Assembly (NCBI GenBank): GCA_028711705.1
Contig: JAQTRS010000005.1
Coordinates: forward strand, 1 to 62,397
Reading direction: 5' to 3'
DNA length: 62,397 nt
DNA from: Candidatus Moraniibacteriota bacterium
Lineage (GTDB): Bacteria; Patescibacteriota; Minisyncoccia; Moranbacterales; UBA1568
Shown one piece after another: positions 9,408-20,964 of the stretch. Position 1 is the stretch's first letter, and every line of letters begins with the position of its first letter. The position numbers were made by a program, and so were the translations under genes. The notes below the pieces were generated by a model. That model was not told the origin of the DNA, searched no databases, and saw only the letters and a list, made by a program, of their open reading frames with translations.

Positions 9408-10160
9408 CTATTTCTTCTTCAATCGTATATCCTTATACGTCGTACTGAGCGGTTTCTTGAAAAAAGTTTCCCACAGATAGTTGAGCAGATATAATGCGCC
9501 GGTCATAATGATCCCCTCCTTTTCAAATCGTCTACCGGACGCATTCATCGGCAAAGAAAACGTCCATTTTACTTTGCCGATCCTCCGTACTCGTCGACCT
9601 ATATTGATATCTTCCCCATAGAATTCGATAGATGTATCGAATCCTCCGATTTCCTCCATGGCCGTTCTTCGCAAAACAAAGTTCCCTCCCTGGAGCATCG
9701 ATCCGTTATGGAACAAAAATTCGCTCGATTCATCGAATATGAATCCGACGATATAGAAAATACGCGCTATAAAACGAGTAAGGAATGAGGCATCATAAAA
9801 TACGTGCGGCCCGCTTAAAGCCATCAATTTCTCATCCCTACCGAATTCATCGATAACCTTGCCTAGCCATCCGGTGGGCATTTTGGTATCGGCATCGATG
9901 TTGGCGATAATATCCCCTGAAGCTGCGAGATAGCCTGCTCGACGAGCCCATACCAACCCTTTGTGCGGTTCATCTACCACCCGCGTGAAAGCGAATGAGG
10001 AGGCTATCTCTTTTGTCTTATCGGTACTCGCATTATTAACCACGATCACCTCTGTTTCACATTCGCCTCCATTTCTCCCTATCTCTTGTTCGAGGGCGGA
10101 AAGGCAAATAGGGATACAGACTTCTTCATTGTATGCCGGAATAACAAAACTGATTTTCAT
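9408..10160 (-). CDS. family 2 glycosyltransferase
   Basis: It contains ISFVIPAYNEE and NIDADT motifs. ATG 10160 overlaps the dedA stop as ATGA. Confidence 0.85.
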   Translation of the reverse strand: MKISFVIPAYNEEVCIPICLSALEQEIGRNGGECETEVIVVNNASTDKTKEIASSFAFTRVVDEPHKGLVWARRAGYLAASGDIIANIDADTKMPTGWLGKVIDEFGRDEKLMALSGPHVFYDASFLTRFIARIFYIVGFIFDESSEFLFHNGSMLQGGNFVLRRTAMEEIGGFDTSIEFYGEDINIGRRVRRIGKVKWTFSLPMNASGRRFEKEGIIMTGALYLLNYLWETFFKKPLSTTYKDIRLKKK

Positions 10161-10735
10161 AAGCATTTCTTATTATGATACATGATAAGTCTCAGCGCCA
10201 AAATACCCAGAGTAACCAACACTCCGATAACGCTCACGCGCCACACGATATCATCGATGATCGTATAAAGCTGTCCCAAGAAAAATCCGAGCGACACCAG
10301 CATACCGGTCCACATAATCTCTCCGAGCACATTCCAGAACATATATGATCGAAAAGGGATACGGGTAATACCTGCGGTAAACAGCACTGCCATCGCCAAA
10401 CCGAAGCCGTTCGTTAATTTGGAAGTCAACAAAATATGGCTTTTATGCATATTGAAAATGCGAGTGACTCGCTTAATGGACGCCTCTGTAATACCGAAAT
10501 ATCTTCCCCACCCCGTCGCTATCGCAGCGCCCTTATGATACCCTAACCAATACAAAGCCACATCGCCCAACAGATTACCGAAAGCGACGCACGCTCCTGC
10601 CAAGAACAGATTCAGGTACCCAAGGCGTGCCAAAAACCCAGCAATAAGCGCTATAACATGCCCTTCGACAAAAGCTGCTGGTATGAGAAAAGCATACTTA
10701 TAGTCAATAACCAGCGAGATGAGCGTACCATGCAT
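10157..10735 (-). CDS. DedA/SNARE-associated family membrane protein
   Basis: Four to five TM helices with a DedA-like layout (FLIPAAFVEGHVIALIAGFLA...). Confidence 0.7.
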   Translation of the reverse strand: MHGTLISLVIDYKYAFLIPAAFVEGHVIALIAGFLARLGYLNLFLAGACVAFGNLLGDVALYWLGYHKGAAIATGWGRYFGITEASIKRVTRIFNMHKSHILLTSKLTNGFGLAMAVLFTAGITRIPFRSYMFWNVLGEIMWTGMLVSLGFFLGQLYTIIDDIVWRVSVIGVLVTLGILALRLIMYHNKKCL

Positions 10736-10856
10736 ACATTTTTGTCGCGAATCAATACTCTTTAAAGTATACGCGTATTTTTTCGAATTGTCTCGGGGTG
10801 TCAGTTGAAAAAATATCCTGACTATGCTAGCCTAAAGGTATTATTAATGCCTTTTT

Positions 10857-13490
<2,634 letters not shown>

Positions 13491-13524
13491 GAATCATCCG
13501 AAAATAATACGAAATAATCTAGCG

Positions 13525-13673
13525 CGGCTCATCTCGAAATTTTAAAGAAATAACCTGTCTGAGACGACTTTCGTGTTCTGAAAATATCCATTGATTGTGT
13601 TAAGGGAGGGATATTTTTCAGGCAACACGAAAGGTCGGCGAGTCTTATTTCTTTAAAATTTCGAGATGAGCCG
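13525..13673. repeat. long-stem hairpin element, copy 1 (29-bp perfect outer stem plus a 91-nt conserved imperfect-palindrome core)
   Basis: 13525-13553 is the exact reverse complement of 13645-13673. The core 13554-13644 is roughly 84% identical to the reverse complement of 60541-60634. Confidence 0.85.
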
Positions 13674-13684
13674 TGCAAAACAAC

Positions 13685-14194
13685 ATGATTCTCATATCTC
13701 CCCTCTTTTTCGGACTTCTCACCGCGGCTGGCGCCTTGGTAGCCGAGCTCTTCATCTTCTCTTTTTTCATCCAGGACCCGGCCGTCTATTCAACAGCCCG
13801 AACTAATGCCAATTTCGTCTTCGCGACCGGCGGCATAACCTTTCTTTCCCTCTCCGCCCTCATCGAAGAATGCTCCAAATATGCGCTTCTTAGGCAAACA
13901 CTCCCGCCTGAAGCATCCTTTTTGCGCACGCTGCTCTTTCTGATACTGTTCAGTATCGGATTTTCCGGTTTGGAAATCACGCTCCTTATCTTGGGCAATC
14001 CCCTCATCAATACAGCGGCGACTCTTCATATCGGAGGCGTCTTCCTCATTCACCTTACGACCATATCGCTCTTCGGATACGCGCTCAGTCACCGATCGCT
14101 TCGGAAATTTTCCGCGCTCTTCATCCCCGCCGCATTCCTCGTTCATTTCCTTTATAACGTCGCTATTCTCTATAAGGATACCTTGCACGTTTGA
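13685..14194 (+). CDS. PrsW-like intramembrane protease family membrane protein
   Basis: It has multiple TM helices and carries EECSKY (EExxK) and HFLYN (HxxxN) motifs typical of PrsW/CPBP-type proteases. ATG 13685 is preferred over the GTG at 13673, which lies inside the hairpin arm. Confidence 0.5.
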   Translation: MILISPLFFGLLTAAGALVAELFIFSFFIQDPAVYSTARTNANFVFATGGITFLSLSALIEECSKYALLRQTLPPEASFLRTLLFLILFSIGFSGLEITLLILGNPLINTAATLHIGGVFLIHLTTISLFGYALSHRSLRKFSALFIPAAFLVHFLYNVAILYKDTLHV

Positions 14195-14242
14195 ACGCCC
14201 TACCTTATAATGAGAATATATTAATCTGAAGATAATAAAAGT

Positions 14243-14758
14243 ATGACAAAACAAAAACAATCTTTTCTCGAACGGCTCACTGGGTCCAGGAGTGTGGATG
14301 ACTCAAGCGAATCTTTCCCTGTCTATGCGGAAGAGGAGACTGAAATGGTTATGCATACCACTAATCCAATGACCACGCAACATATTATGCAAGAAGAAAC
14401 ATGGAACCAATCGGTGGCGAGCGACACCGAAGGCCAGCTGACTATCGATGTCTACCAAACGGACAATGATATCGTCATCAAATCCACCATCGCAGGGGTC
14501 AAGCCGGAAGACTTGGACATTTCCATCAACAACGACATGGTCACCATCAAGGGTGAACGCAAAAACGAGGAAGTTATCGACCACGGCAACTACTACTACC
14601 AGGAATGCTACTGGGGATCATTCTCCCGCTCCGTTCTGCTTCCGGTAGACGTCATCTCCGACAAAACCGAGGCTTCCCTGAAGAACGGCATCCTGACACT
14701 CCGCCTTCCGAAGGCCGACACCACGAAGATCAAAAAGATTCAGGTCCGTGGCTTCTAG
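14243..14758 (+). CDS. Hsp20/alpha-crystallin small heat-shock protein
   Basis: LTIDVYQTDNDIVIKSTIAGVKPEDLDISINNDMVTIKGERK...FSRSVLLPVDV...ASLKNGILTLRLPK. Confidence 0.9.
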   Translation: MTKQKQSFLERLTGSRSVDDSSESFPVYAEEETEMVMHTTNPMTTQHIMQEETWNQSVASDTEGQLTIDVYQTDNDIVIKSTIAGVKPEDLDISINNDMVTIKGERKNEEVIDHGNYYYQECYWGSFSRSVLLPVDVISDKTEASLKNGILTLRLPKADTTKIKKIQVRGF

Positions 14759-14781
14759 CCTAAGCAAAGCGACACAACGAA

Positions 14782-14815
14782 ACGACGGCTACTCTTGAGC
14801 AGGCCGTCGTTTTAT
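14782..14815 (+). terminator. rho-independent terminator after hsp20
   Basis: ACGACGGC pairs with GCCGTCGT, followed by TTTATT. Confidence 0.7.
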
Positions 14816-14829
14816 TATATACTCATTGT

Positions 14830-16164
14830 ATGTCTACGCATTCTATGACGACGTACAAGCGGTTGTATTATGGAATCTTTTTCGTATCCTCCTTTCTGGG
14901 TACTTTTTTCAGCATACCCGAAGCATCAGCGGACGATGATACAGAAGTAACAGCAGCACCATCTCAGATGACCTCTGCCGGAAGCCTTTCCCTTACCGTG
15001 GGAGACCAGACCGAGGTTCTCAGCGCTGAACAGCTCAGCGATTGGTTTTCCATCCAGCCGAAGCTCGGCATCAATACGCGATTTTTAGCCGAAATCGAGA
15101 ACACGCGGCTTTGTCCAAGAGATCTTCATTTCTGCGCATTCGCCCTTTCAGAAAAAACCCGCGCGAGGCTCCACAATCAGTCCATGCTCATGCCAAAACA
15201 AGAGGCTATACAAAGCTATATAAACACGCTCGACGCCAAGGTGTCTGTGCCGGCCACGGATGCGAAGTTTTCCGTCACAGACAACAAGATTTCCGTCTTC
15301 TCGCTCAGCCAAGATGGTAGGGGACTCGATAAGGAAAAAAGCGTCTCACTCATCACGGAAGCGCTCGCGAACGGAACCCTGAAAGGAGCGCAGACTCTAT
15401 CGCTCCCCGTCATCGTCCTCAAACCATCCGTCACCTCAAGCGACGCCGATAAATTCGGTATCACGGAACTTATCGGCGAAGGCAGCACCAATTTCGCGGG
15501 ATCGCCCAAAAACCGCATACACAATTTCAAACGCGCAATCGAGCAATTCAACGGCATCATGATCGCGCCGAATGAAGAATTTTCTTTCGTCAATTTCCTC
15601 GGCGATGTCGACGGCGAGCACGGATACCTGCCCGAACTCGTCATCAAGCAGAATAAGACCGAACCGGAATTCGGTGGCGGCATCTGCCAGGTTTCCAGCA
15701 CCATATTTCGCGCGGCTATCTATAGCGGCCTCAAAATCACCGCCAGACGTAACCATGCTTACCCGGTCAGCTACTACAAACCCTATGGCATGGATGCCAC
15801 CATCTATATCCCCAGGCCGGATTTGAAATTCACCAACAATACGCCGGGATATATTCTCATGCAAGCCGTTATCGATGGAACCAAGCTCACCTTCCGCTTC
15901 TATGGCACTTCCGACGGACGCACAACCGAAGTCGACGGTCCGCACATTCTCGAACGCAATCCTGATGGATCCATGAAAACCATCTTCACTCAGAAGGTGA
16001 CGGACGCCTCGGGAAACGTTATCATCAAGGATGATTTCCGCAGCAGCTACGCCTCCCCATCAAAATATCCGCATCCCGGACAAGAACCCGTTTTCACAGA
16101 AAAACCTGATAATTGGTCCAAAGATCAGTGGTCCGAATACAAACAACTCCACAGCGCGCGCTAA
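14830..16164 (+). CDS. VanW family protein with an N-terminal signal/anchor
   Basis: GGGICQVSSTIFRAAIYSGLKITARRNHAYPVSYY..GMDATIY is the VanW core. Confidence 0.85.
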   Translation: MSTHSMTTYKRLYYGIFFVSSFLGTFFSIPEASADDDTEVTAAPSQMTSAGSLSLTVGDQTEVLSAEQLSDWFSIQPKLGINTRFLAEIENTRLCPRDLHFCAFALSEKTRARLHNQSMLMPKQEAIQSYINTLDAKVSVPATDAKFSVTDNKISVFSLSQDGRGLDKEKSVSLITEALANGTLKGAQTLSLPVIVLKPSVTSSDADKFGITELIGEGSTNFAGSPKNRIHNFKRAIEQFNGIMIAPNEEFSFVNFLGDVDGEHGYLPELVIKQNKTEPEFGGGICQVSSTIFRAAIYSGLKITARRNHAYPVSYYKPYGMDATIYIPRPDLKFTNNTPGYILMQAVIDGTKLTFRFYGTSDGRTTEVDGPHILERNPDGSMKTIFTQKVTDASGNVIIKDDFRSSYASPSKYPHPGQEPVFTEKPDNWSKDQWSEYKQLHSAR

Positions 16165-16167
16165 AAA

Positions 16168-16196
16168 TTGACGGGAATCAGGTTATTTGCTATGAT
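16168..16196 (+). promoter_or_regulatory. candidate promoter of the tRNA-Lys/tRNA-Arg pair
   Basis: TTGACG, a 17-nt spacer, then TATGAT. Confidence 0.55.
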
Positions 16197-16246
16197 TTCC
16201 TTGTTCCCTTTCGGGAGTCATTTTTATAACGTGCCAAATATCTCAC

Positions 16247-16319
16247 GGGCGCATAGCTCAGTTGGTAGAGCAGTTGCCTCTTAAGCAAACGGTCGAGGGT
16301 TCGAATCCCCCTGCGCCCA
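16247..16319 (+). tRNA. tRNA-Lys(CTT)
   Basis: Acceptor GGGCGCA/TGCGCCC. The anticodon loop is CTCTTAA. The T-loop is GGGTTCGAATCCC. Confidence 0.9.
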
Positions 16320-16376
16320 CAACCCGTGATACAGAATGGTTTAGAAAATAGAAAAATAGCCCTCCGCAAGGAGCTG

Positions 16377-16448
16377 GCCCTCGTAGCTCAATGGATAGAG
16401 CATGGGACTTCTAAGCCTGTGACGTAGGTTCGATTCCTACCGAGGGCA
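16377..16448 (+). tRNA. tRNA-Arg(TCT) with a weak or atypical anticodon stem
   Basis: Acceptor GCCCTCG/CGAGGGC. D arm GCTC-AATGGATA-GAGC. The loop is CTTCTAA. T arm GTAGG-TTCGATT-CCTAC. Confidence 0.8.
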
Positions 16449-16470
16449 CATCGCACTGTTTCCCCATGCG

Positions 16471-16508
16471 AAAAGCTCGTATCTTCTTGTGAAGATACGA
16501 GCTTTTTT
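16471..16508. terminator. bidirectional terminator (tRNA pair on + strand, histidine kinase on - strand)
   Basis: AAAAGCTCGTATCTTC pairs with GAAGATACGAGCTTTT in a 16-bp stem, flanked by A and T runs. Confidence 0.8.
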
Positions 16509-16548
16509 GCGATGAAGCCTCTTCCCTTTGTGTACAAAAGAAGCGCTC

Positions 16549-17877
16549 TTATGCCGGAAACGTGATCGTGCAGGTCGTACCGACTCCCGATTCGCTCTGT
16601 ATATCCACCATCCCGTCAAAATCCCTCTGTACGATCTGCTTGACGATAAACAAGCCGATGCCCGTACCGCTCTTGGGATCCTTCGTCGTAAAGAAGGGAT
16701 CGAAGACGGATCGGATATCCTCCGCTTTTATTCCGGAACCGTAATCCTGAACGGATACGATACAGTCGCCGTTCTCCTCATCCCTCAAACAGATATCGAC
16801 CCTCCTTTCCCCATCAACAAGCTCATAATTCTCGTACGCATCGATGGCATTGGCGATCACATTGGCCATAACCTGTCCGAAGCTGATAAAATTGCCATAC
16901 ATCTTCCTCTCTTCCGCGCACGTCATTCGTACCGTCACATGCAAGGATCGCGCCTTATGTTCAAGTATCTGCTGCACCTGCCTGATTTCTTCCACGGGCG
17001 AGAATTTCACCGCGATGTCCTGATGCTGTAATTGCTTTTTGGCGATCCGCACATAATTCTCCATGCGATTCGTTGCCAACGTCGCCTGTTCGATATATGA
17101 TTTCACCGTCGATGACGACTCCGACCGCGCCTTCAAGGATGCTTGATTCAAATTGAGAGATAAAGCTGTCAGCGGATTGATGAGGTCGTGCAAGATACCG
17201 GCGGAAAGCCGGCCGAATTCTGAAAAGGAAGCCATCTGAAGCATCTTTTCCGTCTGGATTTTCTTAAGTTCCGCGGTCCGTTCCTCCACCCGAATTTCTA
17301 GGGAATCTTTTTCCTTCTTGAGTTCACGATTCGAAAGCCAGGACGCGATGGCGATGAGAACGAAGGTGGCGACCGAAACGAGCGTATCGCCGAACGTAAA
17401 GGGTTCCGATTTCCAGTGCAACTTAGGGGCATGCCCTCCGTACAGCTGCAGATAGGTCACGGATACCAAAGAAAGCGAAATGAGCGCTGTCATGATGCAT
17501 GCGAACACCGTCCCGACAAGGATACCGGAAAGCACGATAATGAACACGTACATCAGCAATCCTTGCGGCAGGTCCGCGCCATGGACATACAACATATACG
17601 TGGTCAGTGCGAAATAGACACTCACCAGCGCATAGGCGGTATTTTTGAAAAACCCGAAACGCGAACCCATGTACAGGCCATACACGATAATCATGATGGA
17701 AATATGGGGCGCCAAAGATAGCCCTTGATATATGCCCCCTTTGATCAGAGCGTGCAGAAAATCGACAGCCGAAAAGAACAGCGTGCTTACGAGTAATACA
17801 TTCAGAATAAACTCCCGTCTCTTAGTATCATCGCTCGAGGACCTTGGCACGATGATATTCCAAAATGTTCCATTCAT
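16549..17877 (-). CDS. sensor histidine kinase, multi-TM N-terminal domain
   Basis: It has an H-box (FGRLSAGILHDLINPL) and N, G1 and G2 boxes (VMANVIANAIDA, VQDYGSGI, GTGIGL). Confidence 0.9.
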   Translation of the reverse strand: MNGTFWNIIVPRSSSDDTKRREFILNVLLVSTLFFSAVDFLHALIKGGIYQGLSLAPHISIMIIVYGLYMGSRFGFFKNTAYALVSVYFALTTYMLYVHGADLPQGLLMYVFIIVLSGILVGTVFACIMTALISLSLVSVTYLQLYGGHAPKLHWKSEPFTFGDTLVSVATFVLIAIASWLSNRELKKEKDSLEIRVEERTAELKKIQTEKMLQMASFSEFGRLSAGILHDLINPLTALSLNLNQASLKARSESSSTVKSYIEQATLATNRMENYVRIAKKQLQHQDIAVKFSPVEEIRQVQQILEHKARSLHVTVRMTCAEERKMYGNFISFGQVMANVIANAIDAYENYELVDGERRVDICLRDEENGDCIVSVQDYGSGIKAEDIRSVFDPFFTTKDPKSGTGIGLFIVKQIVQRDFDGMVDIQSESGVGTTCTITFPA

Positions 17878-17971
17878 ACGGTACTGTTACAAAAACCGAT
17901 CTTCCTGAAAACAGCTGTGCCATCAGTATAGTAAAAAAATGATAATGAAAAGATAAAAAAATTATAAAGCC

Positions 17972-18646
17972 CTACTCGCGGATGTCCATAACGTATCCGC
18001 GTCCGGAAACGGTATGGATCAGTTTCTTCTCGGCCGCGGAGTCTATTTTCTTACGCACGCTCAGAATATGCGATTCGATAGTATTGGAAAAAGGATCGGC
18101 ATGCATATCCCACACATGATCCATGATCGAAGATCGCGACAACACGACCCCTTGATTCCGAAGCAAATACTCCAAAAGAATGAATTCCTTGCGGGTCAGA
18201 CGTATTTCAGCATCATTGCGGGTCACGATATGCCGCTTGACGTCCATGGAAAGATTGTCGATCCGCAAAATATCCTCAAGCAGATGCTTCGGCCGGCGAA
18301 GGAGCGCCCTCACCCGAGCAAGCAATTCGTCCAGTGAAAACGGTTTCGTCAAATAGTCGTCCGCACCCGTATCAAGCAGCTCTACCTTCGCGTTCGATTC
18401 CATGACAGCGGACAGCATCAGAATCGGCACTGTTATGCCTTGCCGGCGAATTTCAGCGCAAACCTCCCTGCCGCTTTTCTTAGGGAGCACATTATCCAAG
18501 ATAATCACATCGTATTCGTTCGTGCGTGCCAAGTATGATCCATCCTCACCATCCGTCGTCGTATCCACCACGAAACATTCCGCCTCAAGGCTCAGTGTCA
18601 AAAAACGAGCAATGCTCTCATCATCTTCGATTACCAGTATGCGCAT
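17972..18646 (-). CDS. OmpR/PhoB-family response regulator
   Basis: It begins MRILVIEDDESI, with DVIILDNVLP and a winged-helix C-terminus (LTRKEFILLEYL...RGYVM). Confidence 0.92.
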   Translation of the reverse strand: MRILVIEDDESIARFLTLSLEAECFVVDTTTDGEDGSYLARTNEYDVIILDNVLPKKSGREVCAEIRRQGITVPILMLSAVMESNAKVELLDTGADDYLTKPFSLDELLARVRALLRRPKHLLEDILRIDNLSMDVKRHIVTRNDAEIRLTRKEFILLEYLLRNQGVVLSRSSIMDHVWDMHADPFSNTIESHILSVRKKIDSAAEKKLIHTVSGRGYVMDIRE

Positions 18647-18726
18647 AGTTTTTCTTTTACGTGTTACGGTATGCTCTCTTTTCTTTATAGAACAAAGCCC
18701 GCAATAAAGCAAATTTTGAAAAAGTC

Positions 18727-18755
18727 TTGATTTTTTCCGTACTTTTTGCTATGCT
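18727..18755 (+). promoter_or_regulatory. candidate promoter of tRNA-His
   Basis: TTGATT, a 17-nt spacer, then TATGCT. Confidence 0.5.
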
Positions 18756-18782
18756 ATCAAAAGTTCCGAAAGTCTTCAGAGG

Positions 18783-18854
18783 GGCGGCCATCGTTCAATG
18801 GCAGGACAATGGTTTGTGGTACCATGAATCAGGGTTCGATTCCCTGTGGTCGCC
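18783..18854 (+). tRNA. tRNA-His(GTG) with encoded G-1
   Basis: G-1 pairs with discriminator C73. Acceptor GCGGCCA/TGGTCGC. Anticodon arm ATGGT-TTGTGGT-ACCAT. Confidence 0.92.
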
Positions 18855-18868
18855 CCTTTGAAGAGTTG

Positions 18869-18895
18869 ATAGACCCCTTCTGGGGTCTATTTTTG
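18869..18895 (+). terminator. rho-independent terminator after tRNA-His
   Basis: ATAGACCCC-TTCT-GGGGTCTAT followed by TTTT. Confidence 0.8.
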
Positions 18896-18908
18896 TATCC
18901 GAAATTCG

Positions 18909-19649
18909 CTAGCGAATCTCGTAGGTGAGGACCATTTTTACCTTCTGGTCATCTGATCCCGGTTCGAGAAAAGGAGCCGGCGTGGATTGCTTGGCAATGT
19001 CGGCATCACCCAGGCCATAGGCTACCGGGGTCGTCTCGGAAGATCCAGTGTCTTCGTAGATGGAAATGAGCTTTCCAAGGCCAAAACCGGCGGATCGAGC
19101 AATAGAAACGGCTTGCTTTCTCCCCTGTTCGATCGCCGTTTCGCGCGCTTCGTTTCGTGCTTTCATTTCATCATCTGCCACGAAGGAGATATCCGAAACC
19201 GAATTGGCACCGTTCTCAACCACGCCGGACAACAGCGTACCGGATTTTTCCATATCACGGATCTTTATGGTCACGGCCTGCATCACTGTATATCCCGAAA
19301 TTTTTGGGGCTGGACACGTTTTTCCGGCCACGCAAGAAGGATACTCATAGCGCGGATTGAGCGTATATTGCCGGGTCTTGATATCCTTTTCGCTGATGCC
19401 TTGGTTTTTGGCGAATTCGATCACCCTATTCATCTTCTGTGTGTTCTGCTGCTGTACCTCCGAAACATTCAGTCCTCCATCGGTTATGACGCTCGCGGAA
19501 AAACGCGCTATATCGGGAACGGTCGTCACAATGCCCTCGCCCGTCACCGAAAAGGACCGATAATTCATCTGATTGACCGATCGACCGTACTGATACGTAT
19601 AAGCGATGGCGGCAAGCGAAAAAGCTATCAATGCGAAAGATTTTACCAT
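18909..19649 (-). CDS. SIMPL/DUF541 (BP26-like) periplasmic protein
   Basis: SVTGEGIVTTVPDIARFSASV..., QYTLNPRYEY and KVKMVLTYEI. ATG 19649 has a GAGGA Shine-Dalgarno sequence 9 nt upstream. Confidence 0.8.
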   Translation of the reverse strand: MVKSFALIAFSLAAIAYTYQYGRSVNQMNYRSFSVTGEGIVTTVPDIARFSASVITDGGLNVSEVQQQNTQKMNRVIEFAKNQGISEKDIKTRQYTLNPRYEYPSCVAGKTCPAPKISGYTVMQAVTIKIRDMEKSGTLLSGVVENGANSVSDISFVADDEMKARNEARETAIEQGRKQAVSIARSAGFGLGKLISIYEDTGSSETTPVAYGLGDADIAKQSTPAPFLEPGSDDQKVKMVLTYEIR

Positions 19650-19742
19650 CAAAAATGTCCTCTTCTGGTCTTCTGGCATATATTTTTATAAACGATTACT
19701 CCTCTTTGATATTCTACCATACTTATCCGCGGCGCATGCCGA

Positions 19743-19771
19743 TTGACGACTTCCTTATTTTACGGTAGGGT
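19743..19771 (+). promoter_or_regulatory. candidate promoter of tRNA-Arg(TCG)
   Basis: TTGACG, a 17-nt spacer, then TAGGGT. The -10 element is weak. Confidence 0.35.
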
Positions 19772-19798
19772 AAGAGGAGGGCATGGTGCCTATACATC

Positions 19799-19871
19799 GC
19801 GCCTGTAGCTCAGCGGATAGAGCACTTGGCTTCGAACCAAGGGGTCGCAGGTTCGAGTCCTGCCGGGCGCA
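19799..19871 (+). tRNA. tRNA-Arg(TCG)
   Basis: Acceptor GCGCCTG/CGGGCGC. Anticodon arm CTTGG-CTTCGAA-CCAAG. T-loop GGTTCGAGTCC. Confidence 0.93.
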
Positions 19872-19874
19872 CAC

Positions 19875-19905
19875 AAAAAAAGAGTCCTTCATCGGGCTCT
19901 TTTTT
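19875..19905. terminator. bidirectional terminator
   Basis: AGAGTCC-TTCATC-GGGCTCT flanked by A7 and T6. Confidence 0.75.
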
Positions 19906-19911
19906 GTTTCT

Positions 19912-20247
19912 CTATTCCGATTTCGGTTTCGTCATGAAGATATTCCTCACCACCGCCGGTTCTGATGTATAGGTTTCCCTCCGATTTTCAGCCACGTCCA
20001 AAACCTTATCGAAGCCCTTCTTATCCAGTGTGGTCAGATGCGACTGCGCAGCCCTGTATTCCTGTTTCTGCTGCTCATCCCAATGAAAATAGTACAGGCT
20101 ATAATACCACAGGAAAGCACTCCAGGCGCAGATGCCGAAAAACAGTATGAAAAATACCGCCTTATACCTTCGCAGCCAAACGGAAAAAGCACTCTCCGCA
20201 ATATCAGCCACCCGTATTTTATTGTACCCGTTTTTCTTTTCGAACAT
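19912..20247 (-). CDS. small membrane protein, last gene of the pilMNO operon
   Basis: 111-aa ORF with one TM helix (AVFFILFFGICAWSAFLWYY), 9 nt downstream of the pilO-like gene. Confidence 0.5.
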   Translation of the reverse strand: MFEKKNGYNKIRVADIAESAFSVWLRRYKAVFFILFFGICAWSAFLWYYSLYYFHWDEQQKQEYRAAQSHLTTLDKKGFDKVLDVAENRRETYTSEPAVVRNIFMTKPKSE

Positions 20248-20256
20248 AGCTTGCCG

Positions 20257-20964
20257 TTAATCTTCATTTACATAGACCACCGTATCCAGAATCGCTTCCA
20301 GTGGCAGGTCACTGCCCGGCTGGATAGTGGGCGCCGCATCCCCCGGCTGAGTTTCAGGAGAGGCCAGGCTTGATGCAAATATATTGGTGCGCGGCTGGTT
20401 TGATGAAGTGCTCGGCTGATATACGGCAAGGGAGAATGCGACGATATCGGTTTCGTATGGCATCGATTCGAGCTTTTGGATGAATGCCACGATATCGCTA
20501 TAACTGCCTGTCAGCTTGATGGCAATGCCGATGCTATGCTCGCTCGGAAGTGTATCAATGATTGTTTTTTCGGCCGCCTTCTCATCAGTGGTAGTGGATT
20601 TCTTGAGTTTATTCGCGCTCGCTGCCGCAAGCTGGTCTTTAGCATCGATGGCGATGGTATTGTTCGTTTCTTTCGCCAGAGCCTCTATATCTTTCACCAG
20701 ATCGACGATATCGCTCCTATTGATGACCACCTGGAGCTGATTCTCTTTTGCCTCCACCACATCCTTCTGATCGAGCACATCCGAGAGACTTGCCACCAAT
20801 TCATCATGGATTTCCTGATCGGTCATGACCTCCTGCGATCGGTTCATCTGATCTTTGATCCGCTTCTGCATGGGAATCATACCGAACCAGACCAGAGCCA
20901 CTCCGAAGACAGCTATGGATAGGGTGATGATATAGGCTTTATACTGATTCCAAAATATGTTCAT
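20257..20964 (-). CDS. pilO: PilO-like type IV pilus assembly protein
   Basis: It has an N-terminal TM helix followed by a coiled coil. Its position after pilN with a 4-nt overlap supports the call. Confidence 0.6.
   Translation of the reverse strand: MNIFWNQYKAYIITLSIAVFGVALVWFGMIPMQKRIKDQMNRSQEVMTDQEIHDELVASLSDVLDQKDVVEAKENQLQVVINRSDIVDLVKDIEALAKETNNTIAIDAKDQLAAASANKLKKSTTTDEKAAEKTIIDTLPSEHSIGIAIKLTGSYSDIVAFIQKLESMPYETDIVAFSLAVYQPSTSSNQPRTNIFASSLASPETQPGDAAPTIQPGSDLPLEAILDTVVYVNED

Noticed and set aside
10736-10856. I searched the leaders of valS, metG (34627-34696), glyQS (39927-40029) and argS (55745-55874) for T-box or other riboswitch motifs.
   Set aside because: The leaders are 20-120 nt long and lack the GGTGGTACC T-box sequence and any terminator/antiterminator pair. 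Only ileS has one.
13554-13644. I checked the hairpin-element core for a hammerhead (CUGANGA...GAAA) or another small self-cleaving ribozyme core.
   Set aside because: CUGAGAC and CGAAAG strings occur but do not fit the hammerhead core spacing or junction. I cannot match twister, pistol or hatchet consensus from memory. No ribozyme claim is made.
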